Source: Acidobacteriota bacterium
Lineage (GTDB): Bacteria; Acidobacteriota; Thermoanaerobaculia; UBA5066
DNA: 48,735 nt
Assembly (NCBI GenBank): GCA_037443065.1
Contig: JBBIPB010000003.1
Span: 1-48,735 of the forward strand
Reading direction: 5' to 3'
The translations under genes and the position numbers were made by a program. This document shows, one piece after another, positions 34,907 through 44,623 of this stretch (within the stretch, counting starts at the first letter, position 1; the number at the start of each line of letters is the position of its first letter). The notes under the pieces are model-generated. The model was not told where the DNA came from. It ran no database searches and saw only the letters and a list, made by a program, of their open reading frames with translations.

Positions 34907-35194
34907 ATGAAGACACTTCGCATCGTTCTCGCCATCGCCGTCCTGACCGTTTGCTCCGCCCCGGCCTTCGGCATCGACCTGAAGTCCGACAGCTTCCAGG
35001 TCACCGGGACGATCGAGAAGATCGACGAGGGCACGATCACCGTGATGAAGGGGAAGGAGCGCTTCCACATCACGAAGGACGCCGCGACGAAGATCACGGG
35101 CGAATTGAAGGCGGGCGAAAAGGTGACCGTCCACTACAAGATGTACGCGGTCGACATCGAGGCGAAAGCGGCCGCCAAGTCGAAGAAGAAATAG
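34907..35194 (+). CDS. Small secreted protein with a Lys-rich tail (hypothetical)
   Basis: A strong RBS (gaaggagga) is followed by the signal peptide MKTLRIVLAIAVLTVCSAPAFG, a beta-rich body and an AKSKKK C-terminus. Confidence 0.65.
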   Translation: MKTLRIVLAIAVLTVCSAPAFGIDLKSDSFQVTGTIEKIDEGTITVMKGKERFHITKDAATKITGELKAGEKVTVHYKMYAVDIEAKAAAKSKKK

Positions 35195-35212
35195 CACGGA
35201 AGGGGTCAGGGG

Positions 35213-35239
35213 GAGCCAGGGTCTGGTTCCCCCTGGCTC
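35213..35239. terminator. Hairpin between the convergent small-protein gene and prfA (candidate bidirectional terminator)
   Basis: gagccaggg and ccctggctc form a perfect 9-bp stem with a 9-nt loop. No clear U tract follows. Confidence 0.35.
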
Positions 35240-36322
35240 TCAGCTCTTGCTGAGTTCCGCCTTGAGCTTCTCGGCCTGGTAGTACGCCACGAGCGGGTCG
35301 ATCAGCTCGTCGAGGCGCCCGTCGAGGATCTCCGAGAGGCGGTGTGACGTGAATCCGATCCGGTGGTCCGACACCCGGGACTGCGGGAAGTTGTAGGTCC
35401 GGATCTTCTCGGACCGGTCCCCCGAGCCGACCATCTTCTTCCGGTCGGCTGCGTAGGCCGCGTCGCGGCGTTCCCGCTCGACCTCGTAGAGGCGCGACTT
35501 CAGGACCCGCATCGCCTTCGCCTTGTTCTTGATCTGCGACCGCTCGTCCTGGCACTGGACGACCGTCCCGGTCGGAACGTGCGTCAGCCGGACGGCCGAG
35601 TAGGTCGTGTTGACCCCCTGGCCGCCCGGGCCCGAGGCGCAGAAGAGGTCGACCCGGATCTCCTTCTCGTTCAGCGCGACGTCGACGTCCTCGGCCTCCG
35701 GAAGGACGGCGACGGTGGCGGCGGACGTGTGGATCCGCCCCTGCGTCTCCGTCGCCGGAACACGCTGCACGCGGTGGACCCCCCCTTCGTACTTGAGTCG
35801 GGAGAAGGCTCCGTCCCCCTCGACGATCGCCTGGATCTCCTTGATCCCCCCGACGCCCCCGGCGTCGCTCCGCTCGACGACCTCCACTTTCCAGCGGCGC
35901 GACTCGGCGTACCGGACGTACATCCGGAAGAGCTCGGCGGCGAAGAGCGACGCCTCGTCCCCCCCCGTCCCCGCGCGGATCTCGAGGACGACGTTCCGCG
36001 AGTCGTTCTTGTCCTTCGGGAGGAGAAGGAGCTTGAGCTCCTCCTCGACGGCGGGGAGCCGCTCCCGGAGCGCGTCGAACTCCTCTTGGGCGACGGCACG
36101 CAGCTCGTCTCCGGCCGGGAGGGTGTCGAGGAGCTCCCGCGCACCGCCGATTTCCTCCTCGAGACGGCGAAGCTCACGCACCTTCTCGACGATCGGCGCG
36201 ATCTCCTTCATCGCCCGGACGGCCCGGGCGTACTCGACGTGGTCGGAGGCGACCTCGGGAGACTCGGAGCGCGCTTTCAGCTCGAGGTACTTCCGTTCGA
36301 TCTCGGCGAGCTTCTGGAACAT
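35240..36322 (-). CDS. prfA: Peptide chain release factor 1
   Basis: The PAT tripeptide (RVPATETQGR) specific to RF1 and the GGQ motif (SGPGGQGVNTT) are present. The start is the internal ATG at 36322. Confidence 0.95.
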   Translation of the reverse strand: MFQKLAEIERKYLELKARSESPEVASDHVEYARAVRAMKEIAPIVEKVRELRRLEEEIGGARELLDTLPAGDELRAVAQEEFDALRERLPAVEEELKLLLLPKDKNDSRNVVLEIRAGTGGDEASLFAAELFRMYVRYAESRRWKVEVVERSDAGGVGGIKEIQAIVEGDGAFSRLKYEGGVHRVQRVPATETQGRIHTSAATVAVLPEAEDVDVALNEKEIRVDLFCASGPGGQGVNTTYSAVRLTHVPTGTVVQCQDERSQIKNKAKAMRVLKSRLYEVERERRDAAYAADRKKMVGSGDRSEKIRTYNFPQSRVSDHRIGFTSHRLSEILDGRLDELIDPLVAYYQAEKLKAELSKS

Positions 36323-36375
36323 CGTCGTGGGGGGCCGCGGGGCAGCGTGGCCCGGCGGCGGGGCCGGCCCGGCCC

Positions 36376-36603
36376 TTACGCGGAAGCGGGCGCCTGGGCC
36401 TTCCCGGACTTTGCGTAGCGCTTCTGGAAGCGCTCGACACGGCCCGCGGTGTCGACGAGCTTCGCCTTCCCCGTGAAGAAGGGGTGGCACTGGGAGCAGA
36501 TCTCGAGGCGCAGCTCGGACTTCGTGCTGCGGGTCTTCCAGGTGTTCCCGCAGGCGCAGTGGGCCGTGACCTCGTGGTAGTCGGGATGGATCTTGGCCTT
36601 CAT
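36376..36603 (-). CDS. rpmE: 50S ribosomal protein L31 (zinc-binding type)
   Basis: [20 protein letters not shown]...[10 protein letters not shown] is the canonical L31 sequence with its Cys motifs. Confidence 0.95.
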   Translation of the reverse strand: MKAKIHPDYHEVTAHCACGNTWKTRSTKSELRLEICSQCHPFFTGKAKLVDTAGRVERFQKRYAKSGKAQAPASA

Positions 36604-36711
36604 GGGTCCCTCGGCGACCGGCCGCTTTTCGTGAGCCGTCGCGGAACCGGGGAGGATAGCACGGAGCCCGGCCCGACGCCCTCGGGACGGTTCATTGCTA
36701 GACTCCGCGCC

Positions 36712-38373
36712 GTGCTTCTCCTGAACGTCCGCGTTCCCGGCGAGCCGCCCCGCCGACTCCGGCTCGAACGGCCGGCCATGACGCTCGGCCGCTCCTCCAC
36801 CAACGACATCCCGCTCTCCGACCGAACCCTCTCCCGCGTTCACGCGCGCCTCGAGCAGGCCGACGGCGGCCTCATCCGCGTCGTCGACCTCGGCTCCCGC
36901 AACGGGACGATGGTCAACAGCGTCCGGATCGGCGACCCCGTGACGCTTCGCCCGGGAGACCGGATCCAGCTCGGCGAGACCGTCATCGACGTCCTCGAGG
37001 AGTCCACCACCCGCGTCGTTATCGACGCGAAGGAGGACGACAACGTCCGGAAGACGACTTTCCTCCAGTCGTCCCGGGACCTCGTCCGGGGCCATCGCGA
37101 GGAGAGCGCCGCCCGCCTCGGCGCCGAGGAGCTCGCACGGCTGAACGCCTCGCTCCGGATCCTCAACGAGGTCTCCGTCGAGCTTCTCTCCGACATCCCG
37201 CTCCCCCGCCTCCTCGAGCTCGTCGTCGACAAGGTCTTCACCTACCTCCAGCCGGACCGCGGGCTCCTGATGCTGGCCGACGAGAAGGGGGACCTCAAGC
37301 CGGAGCTCGTGAAGTTCGCCGAAGGGGTCGACCCGTCCGACATCCGGCTCTCGAAGACGCTCGTCCAGACCGTCGTCGACCGGAAAAACGGCGTCCTCGT
37401 CATCGACACGGCGTCGGACGGGCCGCTCGCGGCCGCCGAATCGATCCGGATCCAGGGAGTCACGTCGTGCATGGCGGCGCCTCTGTTCGTCGACGAGAAG
37501 GTCATTGGCCTCGTCTACCTCGAGGTGCGCCTCGGAAGGAAGAGCTTCACCGAGGAGGACCTCCGGCTTCTCTCTTCGCTCGCGAACACGGCCGCCGTGA
37601 AGATCCAGAACCTCCGGCTCCGCGAGAGCGCCATCGCCAAGGAGCGCTTCGAGCGCGAGATGTCGGTCGCCTGGGACATCCAGCGCCGCCTCCTTCCGGA
37701 GCGGGACCTCGAGCTTCCGAGGACCTCGATGCTGGGACGGACCGTCCCGTCGCGGCGCGTCTCCGGCGACTACTACGACTACTTCGAGCGCCCCGACGGG
37801 CGGGTCGACGTCGTCGTGGCGGACGTCTGCGGCAAGGGGATGGGGGCTTCGCTCCTCGCCGCGACGGTGCAGGCGGCCTACCAGGCGTGGGCCGGTGAGA
37901 ACCTCCCGCTCGACAAGCTCTGCTCGCGGCTGAACGACCTCGTTTTCCGGAAGACGAGCCCGGAGAAGTTCATCACGATGATCACGGCGCTCTACGACCC
38001 GGCCACGGGCGGGGCCGTCTGGACGAACGCCGGGCACAACGCCGGGATCCTCATCCGCGCGGAGGGGACGCACGAGCTGCTGAAGGCGCACGGTCCTCCG
38101 CTCGGTCTCTTCCCCGGAAAGGCCTACGGCGCCGGCAACGTGACGCTCCGGCGGGGAGATCTCGTCGTCCTCTACACGGACGGCATCACGGAGGCGTCGA
38201 ATCCCGAGGACGAGGAGTTCGGGATCGACCGCCTGCTGGCGGTCGTGAGGGACTCGCGCGCCAAGGCGGTCGGGGAGATCGAGGTCGACGTCCTCGCGGC
38301 GCTCGCGGCCTTCGTCCGGGGCGTCCCCTACGCCGACGACCGGACCTTCGTGCTCCTTCGCCGGGAGGGATAG
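36712..38373 (+). CDS. FHA-GAF-PP2C (SpoIIE-type) serine/threonine phosphatase
   Basis: FHA motifs are present (LGRSS.NDI.L.D..LSRVHA...GSRNGT.VN). A GAF-like middle region follows. The PP2C/SpoIIE motifs are [21 protein letters not shown] and [11 protein letters not shown] at 36712 was chosen as start. Confidence 0.8.
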   Translation: MLLLNVRVPGEPPRRLRLERPAMTLGRSSTNDIPLSDRTLSRVHARLEQADGGLIRVVDLGSRNGTMVNSVRIGDPVTLRPGDRIQLGETVIDVLEESTTRVVIDAKEDDNVRKTTFLQSSRDLVRGHREESAARLGAEELARLNASLRILNEVSVELLSDIPLPRLLELVVDKVFTYLQPDRGLLMLADEKGDLKPELVKFAEGVDPSDIRLSKTLVQTVVDRKNGVLVIDTASDGPLAAAESIRIQGVTSCMAAPLFVDEKVIGLVYLEVRLGRKSFTEEDLRLLSSLANTAAVKIQNLRLRESAIAKERFEREMSVAWDIQRRLLPERDLELPRTSMLGRTVPSRRVSGDYYDYFERPDGRVDVVVADVCGKGMGASLLAATVQAAYQAWAGENLPLDKLCSRLNDLVFRKTSPEKFITMITALYDPATGGAVWTNAGHNAGILIRAEGTHELLKAHGPPLGLFPGKAYGAGNVTLRRGDLVVLYTDGITEASNPEDEEFGIDRLLAVVRDSRAKAVGEIEVDVLAALAAFVRGVPYADDRTFVLLRREG

Positions 38374-38378
38374 GGGCG

Positions 38379-39767
38379 TCAGCGGGCGGTCTTCGGTCTG
38401 CCCTCGCGGTCCCGCGCCAGCATGCCGTGGCGCTTGAGCATTTCGTTGAGCGTCGTCGGCTTCAGGTGGAGGAGCTCCGCCGCCTTCTTCTGGACCCCGC
38501 CGGCCCTGTGGAGGGCGGCGGCGAGGAGGGACCGCCGATAGGCCTCCACGGCGTCCTGGAACGAGAGCCCCTCGGGCGGAAGCGCGGCCGGCCGGGGGAC
38601 GGCGTTGCGCACGGCGTCCGGCAGCTCCTCCACGTCGATGACACCGGGCCCGAGGATCAGCGCGCGCTCGAGGACGTTCTCCAGCTCCCGCACGTTTCCC
38701 GGCCAGTCGTAGTCGAGCAGCGCTTTCACGGCCGCCGGTGTAACGGTGGGGACGGGGCGCCCGTTCTCCGATGCGGCGCGCGCCACGAGCGCCTCGACGA
38801 GGAGCGGCACGTCCTCCTTCCGCTCGCGGAGCGGCGGAAGGTGGATCGTGATGACGCAGAGCCGGTAGTAGAGGTCCTCGCGAAAGCGCCCCTCGGCGAC
38901 GAGGCGGGGGAGGTCGGCGTTCGTCGCGGCCACGACCCGGACGTCCGAGCGGATCGGCTCCACGGCACCCACGGGAAGAAACTCGCGCTCCTGGAGGACG
39001 CGCAGGAGCTTCGCCTGGGTCTCGAGCGGAATCGTCCCGATCTCGTCGAAGAAGATCGTCCCGCCGTCGGCGACCTTGAAGAGCCCGCGCTTGTCCGCAA
39101 AGGCACCCGTGAACGAGCCGCGGACGTGCCCGAAGAGGTTGGATTCGAGGAGGTCGGGCGGCAGCGAGCCGGAGTTCACGGTCACGAACGCGCCGGCGGA
39201 GCGCGGCGAAAGGCGGTGGAGGGCCCGCGCCACGAGCTCCTTCCCGGTGCCGCTCTCGCCGACGATCAGGATCGTCGAGCGCGCGTTGGCGGCGTGGCGG
39301 ATCGTGTCGAAGACCTTCGCCATCGGGGCGGAGCGCCCCACGAGATCCCCGAGGCCGCCGCGCGTCCCGTCGAGCCGCGCCTTCAGCTCCCGGTTCTCGG
39401 CGACGAGACGGCGCTTCTCGAGAGCCTGCCGGACGACGTGGACGATCTCGTCGTTCCGGAACGGCTTCGGAAGATAGTGATACGCCCCCTGACGCATGGC
39501 GGAGATGGCGCTCTCGACGGACGAGTAGGCCGTGATGACGACGACGGGAAGCTCGGGCCAGCGCGCCCGGACCTCGGTGAGAACCTCGAGCCCGGGGCGG
39601 TCCGGGAGCATCAGGTCGAGAAGCAGGAGGTCGACGGGCTCGCTCGCGAGCCGCTCGAGGCCTTCGGCCGCGGTTCCGGCCTCAACGGCGGCAAAGCCGG
39701 CCTTTCCGAGGACCGTTCGAAGGACGTCCCGGATGACGGGCTCGTCGTCGAGGATGAGGATCGTCAT
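38379..39767 (-). CDS. Sigma-54-dependent response regulator (NtrC family)
   Basis: The REC domain has [17 protein letters not shown] and LPKP. The AAA+ domain has [14 protein letters not shown], a GSFTGA loop variant and [11 protein letters not shown]-terminal HTH is present. The start is the internal ATG at 39767. Confidence 0.9.
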   Translation of the reverse strand: MTILILDDEPVIRDVLRTVLGKAGFAAVEAGTAAEGLERLASEPVDLLLLDLMLPDRPGLEVLTEVRARWPELPVVVITAYSSVESAISAMRQGAYHYLPKPFRNDEIVHVVRQALEKRRLVAENRELKARLDGTRGGLGDLVGRSAPMAKVFDTIRHAANARSTILIVGESGTGKELVARALHRLSPRSAGAFVTVNSGSLPPDLLESNLFGHVRGSFTGAFADKRGLFKVADGGTIFFDEIGTIPLETQAKLLRVLQEREFLPVGAVEPIRSDVRVVAATNADLPRLVAEGRFREDLYYRLCVITIHLPPLRERKEDVPLLVEALVARAASENGRPVPTVTPAAVKALLDYDWPGNVRELENVLERALILGPGVIDVEELPDAVRNAVPRPAALPPEGLSFQDAVEAYRRSLLAAALHRAGGVQKKAAELLHLKPTTLNEMLKRHGMLARDREGRPKTAR

Positions 39768-39771
39768 GACG

Positions 39772-42525
39772 TCAGGAGCCGCGCGGCAGGAGGACCGTGA
39801 AGCGTGCGCCGCCACCCGGGCGCGGCGCGGCGTCGAGAGACCCCCCGTGCGCCCGGATGATATCCCGCGCGATCGTCAGCCCCAGCCCGATCCCGCCATC
39901 GGCCGTCTTCGTCGAGAAGAACGGATCGAAGAGACGCTCCCTTCCGGAGGCGGGGAGGCCCGGGCCGTTGTCCTCCACGAGGAACCGGACGAACCGCTCC
40001 TGGGTGTCGAGCGTGAGGGAGACGGCGGCTTTTCTCTCCTCGCCGCGATCCGGGACGGAGCGAGCAGCCTCGGCGGCGTTCTTGAGGAGGTTCACGAGTA
40101 CCTGGAGCAGGGCGTCGGCGTGCCCCGCGACGGCCGGCAGGCCGTCCGGAATCGAGACCGAGAGCGAGACGCCGCGGGTCCCGACCTCCTCCTCGAAGAT
40201 CCGGGCCGCCTCCCGCGCGAGGCCCGGCGGGTCGATCGCGACGCTCTCGCGCGGACGGCCGCGCGCGAGGTCGAGGAGGCTCCCGACGAGTCGCGAGGCC
40301 CGGAACGCCTGCCGCTCGATCTTCTCGAGGAGCGGGCGGCGCGGGTCGTCCGCGGGCGTCTCGTCCAGGAGGACGCGGGCGAAGCCGGTCACTCCGGTGA
40401 GCGGCGTGTTGACCTCGTGGGCGACACCGGCCGAGAGGGAGCCGAGGGCGGCGAGGCGCTCCTGCTCTGCGAGGGCCCGCTCGAGGCGGGCCGTCTCCGT
40501 CGCGTCGTGGAGAACGTAGACGCGGGCGCGTGTCCCGACGCTCATTCCCGGGAAGAGGGAGACCGCCACGTCGAGAACGCGCGTCCCGCCCCCGAGGTCC
40601 GCCTCGAGGCGGCGCGGCGGATCTTCGGCGAGGAGCGCGGCAGGCAGGACCTCGGCGTCCTCCCGTCCGATCAGCTCCGGAGCGGGGCGCCCCGCGAGGA
40701 GCGAGAAGGCGGGGTTCGCGGACGAGAGCCGCCCGGCGTCGTCCGTCGTGACGATCGCCGCGGCGGATCCGGCGACGACGTCCTCGTGAAACTCCTTCAG
40801 AGTCCGGTAGCTCTCGGCCTGGGCGCGGACCTCCTCGTAGAGCCGGGCGTGGTCGAGCGCGAGCGAGGCCGCCGCGAGGGCCGTCTCCAGAAGCTCGAGG
40901 TCCTCATGGGAGAGCGGGACCCGGCCGAGACGGTCACCAAAGGCGAAGAAGGCGAGCAGCCTGCCGGAGGCTGCGAGCGGCGCGACGGTCCGGAAGCCGG
41001 CGGCCCGGAGCCGTGCGATCGATTCCGACCGTCTCTCGTCGAGACGGCGTCTCGAGAGCCTCACCGTCCGGCGTGCTGTGTCTTCCCCAAGCTCGTCGAG
41101 CCGCAGGGCCGGCCCGCCGTCCACGGCTCCGGCGGGAATCCGTCCGTCCCGCGTGACGGGAAGGAGCGCGGCCGGGGCGACGGCCAGTGCCCTCGCGGCG
41201 CGGGAGACGAGCAGCTGTTCGATCTCGGGGGCCGACCGCGGCGCGGCCAGTTCGCGAACGAGAGCGAGGAGCTCCTCGCGTGCGGTCCAGGACTCGCCGT
41301 ACTGGATCCGTGCGAACGCAGCCGAGAGACCCCGCCGAACCGGGACGAAGCTGAGGGCGATGACGAGCCCGGCCGCGGCCTGCAGCGCTCCTCTGGCGTA
41401 CGGAATCGGCGGCACGACGGGGTTCGAGAGAAGGAGCTGCGCCGCCGCGAAGAGCGCGGCCCCCGTCAGACCGGCGCCGACGAGGGCGGCAGTCTCGCGG
41501 CCCAGGACCTCGGCGTCCCAGAGACGAAAGTGCGTGAGTGCGGCGAGGAACGAAAACGGGACGATGGCGATCGGGAGGATCGACATCGAGGAGAGGATCG
41601 GAATCGAGAAGCCGAAGAGGTCCGGGAGGAGGTTGAGGATCACGACCGGCAGGAGACCGATTCCGGTGCCGAGGAGGAGGTAGCGGGCCTGCTTTTCGGC
41701 GAGGAGGTCGCCCGGCCGCCGCCAGAGCCGTTCGAGCCGAAGCAGCGCGATACCCACGGCGGCCGCGATCCAGATCGACTGGAAGCGGTCGAGCGCCTCC
41801 ACGGCCCGAACCGGATCGTGTGCCCCCACGCCTCCGAAGTAGAGGCCGGCGGTCGCCGCCAGGAGCGCGAGCGCCGGGAGAAGGACCGCGAGGCGGAAGC
41901 CCGGAGAAGTCCGGCGGGGGAAGCTGAGAACGAGAACGAGGAGAAGAGCCGGGAAGAGCGCCCGTGCGGCGTCCTCCAGGAGAACCGAGATCCGGAAGAC
42001 GAGGTCGAGCGGCGGGGCCGGCGTGAGCCCGAGGACGAGACCGACGGTGAGTGAGAAGGCCGCGTAGAGCCTCGAAGCCCCGGACTGCGGCGAGCGCGCG
42101 GCCGTCGCGAGGGCTGTCGCCCCGGTCACGAGGAATGCGAGCGCCGTCGCAAAGAGGAAGAAGTACCGGATGTCCCACGGAGCCGGGACGGGCCGCGTCC
42201 GGAAAGTCCTGACTTCACCCGACCTGAGGACCGAAACCTCCGCCCCGTTTCGGGCGAGCCAGAGCGAGGGATCGCCGGCCGCCGTCGCTTCGGCCCCGTC
42301 TACGAGAAGCAGAAGATCCCCTCGCCGGAGCCCAGAGGCCTCGGCACTCCGGCCGATCCGGAGGATTCGAAGCCCTTCGGCTTCCGCCTGAACGAGGACG
42401 TCCGCCCGGCCCGCGAGAGCGATCTTCCGCGAAACGATCAGGGTGAGCGGAAACAGACTCGCGACGAAAGAGAGCGCGAGAAAGCCGGTCAGGAAGCGGT
42501 CGGCCCTCTTGAAGCGAAGTGACAC
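39772..42525 (-). CDS. Polytopic sensor histidine kinase with an N-terminal PDZ-like domain, GAF/PAS region, HisKA and HATPase_c
   Basis: A transmembrane helix is followed by a PDZ-like segment (GLRILRIGRSAEASGLRRGDLLLLVDG) and about eight further hydrophobic helices. The H box is AGVAHEVNTPL, and the N and G boxes are LVNLLKNA and DNGPGL...GGIGLGL. The start is GTG at 42525. Confidence 0.85.
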   Translation of the reverse strand: MSLRFKRADRFLTGFLALSFVASLFPLTLIVSRKIALAGRADVLVQAEAEGLRILRIGRSAEASGLRRGDLLLLVDGAEATAAGDPSLWLARNGAEVSVLRSGEVRTFRTRPVPAPWDIRYFFLFATALAFLVTGATALATAARSPQSGASRLYAAFSLTVGLVLGLTPAPPLDLVFRISVLLEDAARALFPALLLVLVLSFPRRTSPGFRLAVLLPALALLAATAGLYFGGVGAHDPVRAVEALDRFQSIWIAAAVGIALLRLERLWRRPGDLLAEKQARYLLLGTGIGLLPVVILNLLPDLFGFSIPILSSMSILPIAIVPFSFLAALTHFRLWDAEVLGRETAALVGAGLTGAALFAAAQLLLSNPVVPPIPYARGALQAAAGLVIALSFVPVRRGLSAAFARIQYGESWTAREELLALVRELAAPRSAPEIEQLLVSRAARALAVAPAALLPVTRDGRIPAGAVDGGPALRLDELGEDTARRTVRLSRRRLDERRSESIARLRAAGFRTVAPLAASGRLLAFFAFGDRLGRVPLSHEDLELLETALAAASLALDHARLYEEVRAQAESYRTLKEFHEDVVAGSAAAIVTTDDAGRLSSANPAFSLLAGRPAPELIGREDAEVLPAALLAEDPPRRLEADLGGGTRVLDVAVSLFPGMSVGTRARVYVLHDATETARLERALAEQERLAALGSLSAGVAHEVNTPLTGVTGFARVLLDETPADDPRRPLLEKIERQAFRASRLVGSLLDLARGRPRESVAIDPPGLAREAARIFEEEVGTRGVSLSVSIPDGLPAVAGHADALLQVLVNLLKNAAEAARSVPDRGEERKAAVSLTLDTQERFVRFLVEDNGPGLPASGRERLFDPFFSTKTADGGIGLGLTIARDIIRAHGGSLDAAPRPGGGARFTVLLPRGS

Positions 42526-42539
42526 CTATAAGGCGGCAC

Positions 42540-42554
42540 GCAATGGAGGTGCCA
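42540..42554 (-). promoter_or_regulatory. Sigma-54 (-24/-12) promoter, perfect TGGCAC-N5-TTGC
   Basis: The minus strand reads aagcgaTGGCACctccaTTGCgtgccgccttatagGTG. The -12 GC lies 14 nt before the kinase GTG. Confidence 0.6.
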
Positions 42555-42685
42555 TCGCTTCGATTGTCCGAAGTGACCTAAGACACAGGATTACAATGAA
42601 TTGAGATGAGAGTGGACGAGCGCAGCGCGATCCGCTTCTGATTCTTGGAGGGATTTCCAGATCTCCTGAATGCCGCTCTTCGAGG

Positions 42686-44566
42686 TCAGAAAGAGACGGC
42701 GAGCCCTCCCGCCAACCGACGGTTGAACCGGACCACCTCCTCGCCATCCTGACGTTTGGCGAGTTCGACGGAGAGGAGGGCCCGCCAGTCGGACGCGAGG
42801 GCCTGGAGAACCGGCAGCGGCAGAGACTGCGAGACACTCACGTCGAGCGCCGAGAGGTCGTTCCGAAGCAGTTGGGCGCTCTTCGCGAGGCTCTGCGAGA
42901 CCGAACGGTAGCCGAATCCGACCGAGGTTCCGGTCGCGACGAGGTGAATGCCCGCCGACGCGACGGCCCATGTCGCTTCATCGCTCTGGACCGTCGATGC
43001 TCGCTCGCCCGAGATGCGGCCGACGCGTGCAGAAAGCCGGCCCTCGACTCCCGTCGCGATCCGGCCCGACGCGGACGAGGAAAGCTCGGTCGCGACGTCC
43101 CCCGGGAGGAAATAGAGAGAGTCGAGCCGCTCGAAGAAGTCGGGATCGAGGAGAAGCCGGTGGATTCCCGTGATGCTGCGGCGGCTCGCTTCGAGGACGA
43201 CGGCAGCGCCCGAAGGCGAGTCGTATCGGATGCCTCCGGCGAAAAATGCGCTGGAGATCCGTGCGAGATCCGCCTCGTCGGCGCTCACCTGCGCCCAGGG
43301 AGTCCCGTCGTCCTGCCGCTGCTCGAACCGGCGGGCGGCGGAGGCGTAGATCCGGAACCGGGATCCCGGATGCAGCGAGATCGTCACTTCGGGAGTGATG
43401 CCTCGCGTCCGGTCGGTGAGGTCGCCGGTCGCCCCGGCCTCCACGGAAAGGACCGGGAGGACTTTCGCCTCGCCGACGGCGCCGACGCGCGTCTCGCTTC
43501 GCGCGATCTCGGACATGTTGACCGACTCCGGGGTCACGGCGTGCCGATACGCGGCGCTGAGCCGTACCGACCAGCGGTCGCTGAAGTCCGTCCGGTAGCC
43601 GGCAAAGAGGTCCATCTGGTCCGATGTGCTCGGGAAGAGGTCTCCGGCGGCCCCCTGCCGGAAGAGGTTCGACTGGCTGACGAGGCGGGCCGAGACGTTC
43701 GCCCGCGAGCGCTCGCCGGTCGCGGCCGACCAGTCGAGACTCTGGGCGGAGAACCGCTCCGGGTCGCTGTCGCCGAGAAGCCTGATCTGACGCTGCGTCG
43801 TCAGCTGCAGGTTCTGCGAGTCTCCGGCCGCGACGTTGACGGCGAAGCGGGAGGCGTCTCCCGCCGTTGCGCCATCGGAAGCGTCGAGACGGATGTAACG
43901 CCCGTCGACGCCCCACCGGACGCGCTCCCCGATGTTGCCGGTGACTCCGACGTTCGTGTCGCTCCGGATCGGACCGCCGGCCGAGCCGAAGCCCGCCGTG
44001 GACGCGAGGGACGCGCGGACCGGGAGGCGGGCCGCGGAGACGGGTGCGCCCGGGACCGCCCGCGGGGGCTGGGCTTCGGGTGAGGGTTCGTCCAGTGCCG
44101 CGAGGATCGCCGCCGCGTCGCGGAGGACGTCCCCCTGGACCACGGCCCGGGCGACGAAGGGATCGGCTTTACCCGAACCGGTCGCCGGAAGGATGCCGGG
44201 TGAGCTGCCGACGTCGAGGAGAACGAAGCTCACGGCCTCCGGTGAGGACGAGTGCGCGATCCGGGCGACGGCGAACGGGAATCGCGGGACGGTGGCGAGG
44301 AGTGTGTAGAGACCGGGCGGGGCATCGGGAACGACGAACGTGCCGTCCAGGTCGGACGTCACGACGCGGGTCGTGGATTCGCCTCGCGCCGTCATGGCCC
44401 GCACGACGACCGTCACGCCGGCGAGGGCGGCGCTTCCCGCCCGGACGATCCCCGAGATCGGCGCCCCGCGCGGCGCGCCGGCGGCCTCTGTCCCCAGCGC
44501 CCCGAGGAGCGCTGCGGCGCAGGCCAGGATGCAGGCGAGAAGGCTCCGCAATCTCCGCACGGCCAT
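42686..44566 (-). CDS. Outer-membrane beta-barrel protein with an N-terminal carboxypeptidase-regulatory-like domain
   Basis: The ATG at 44566 gives the signal peptide MAVRRLRSLLACILACAAALLGALG. ISGIVR....L.GVTV.V.......T.....DG.F.V.....G.Y.L matches CarboxypepD_reg. The protein has alternating beta-strand character and a terminal Phe (LAVSF). Confidence 0.65.
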   Translation of the reverse strand: MAVRRLRSLLACILACAAALLGALGTEAAGAPRGAPISGIVRAGSAALAGVTVVVRAMTARGESTTRVVTSDLDGTFVVPDAPPGLYTLLATVPRFPFAVARIAHSSSPEAVSFVLLDVGSSPGILPATGSGKADPFVARAVVQGDVLRDAAAILAALDEPSPEAQPPRAVPGAPVSAARLPVRASLASTAGFGSAGGPIRSDTNVGVTGNIGERVRWGVDGRYIRLDASDGATAGDASRFAVNVAAGDSQNLQLTTQRQIRLLGDSDPERFSAQSLDWSAATGERSRANVSARLVSQSNLFRQGAAGDLFPSTSDQMDLFAGYRTDFSDRWSVRLSAAYRHAVTPESVNMSEIARSETRVGAVGEAKVLPVLSVEAGATGDLTDRTRGITPEVTISLHPGSRFRIYASAARRFEQRQDDGTPWAQVSADEADLARISSAFFAGGIRYDSPSGAAVVLEASRRSITGIHRLLLDPDFFERLDSLYFLPGDVATELSSSASGRIATGVEGRLSARVGRISGERASTVQSDEATWAVASAGIHLVATGTSVGFGYRSVSQSLAKSAQLLRNDLSALDVSVSQSLPLPVLQALASDWRALLSVELAKRQDGEEVVRFNRRLAGGLAVSF

Positions 44567-44623
44567 TCCCAAGTGGGGATCATCGGCCCGGGGGCGCCGG
44601 CCCGTCAACAGGGGAAAGCGGCG

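Noticed and set aside
36683-36699. GGGACG-N5-TTGC upstream of the FHA-GAF-PP2C gene, considered as a third sigma-54 promoter
   Set aside because: Only GG and TTGC match. The CAC of the -24 element is absent, leaving 4 mismatches to TGGCAC. This is too weak to report.
39532-42054. 840-aa plus-strand ORF antisense to the histidine kinase. ORF 40934..42178 (minus strand) is similar.
   Set aside because: The composition is that of a shadow frame (runs of R, G, E and P). The kinase frame contains the H, N and G boxes and the transmembrane helices.
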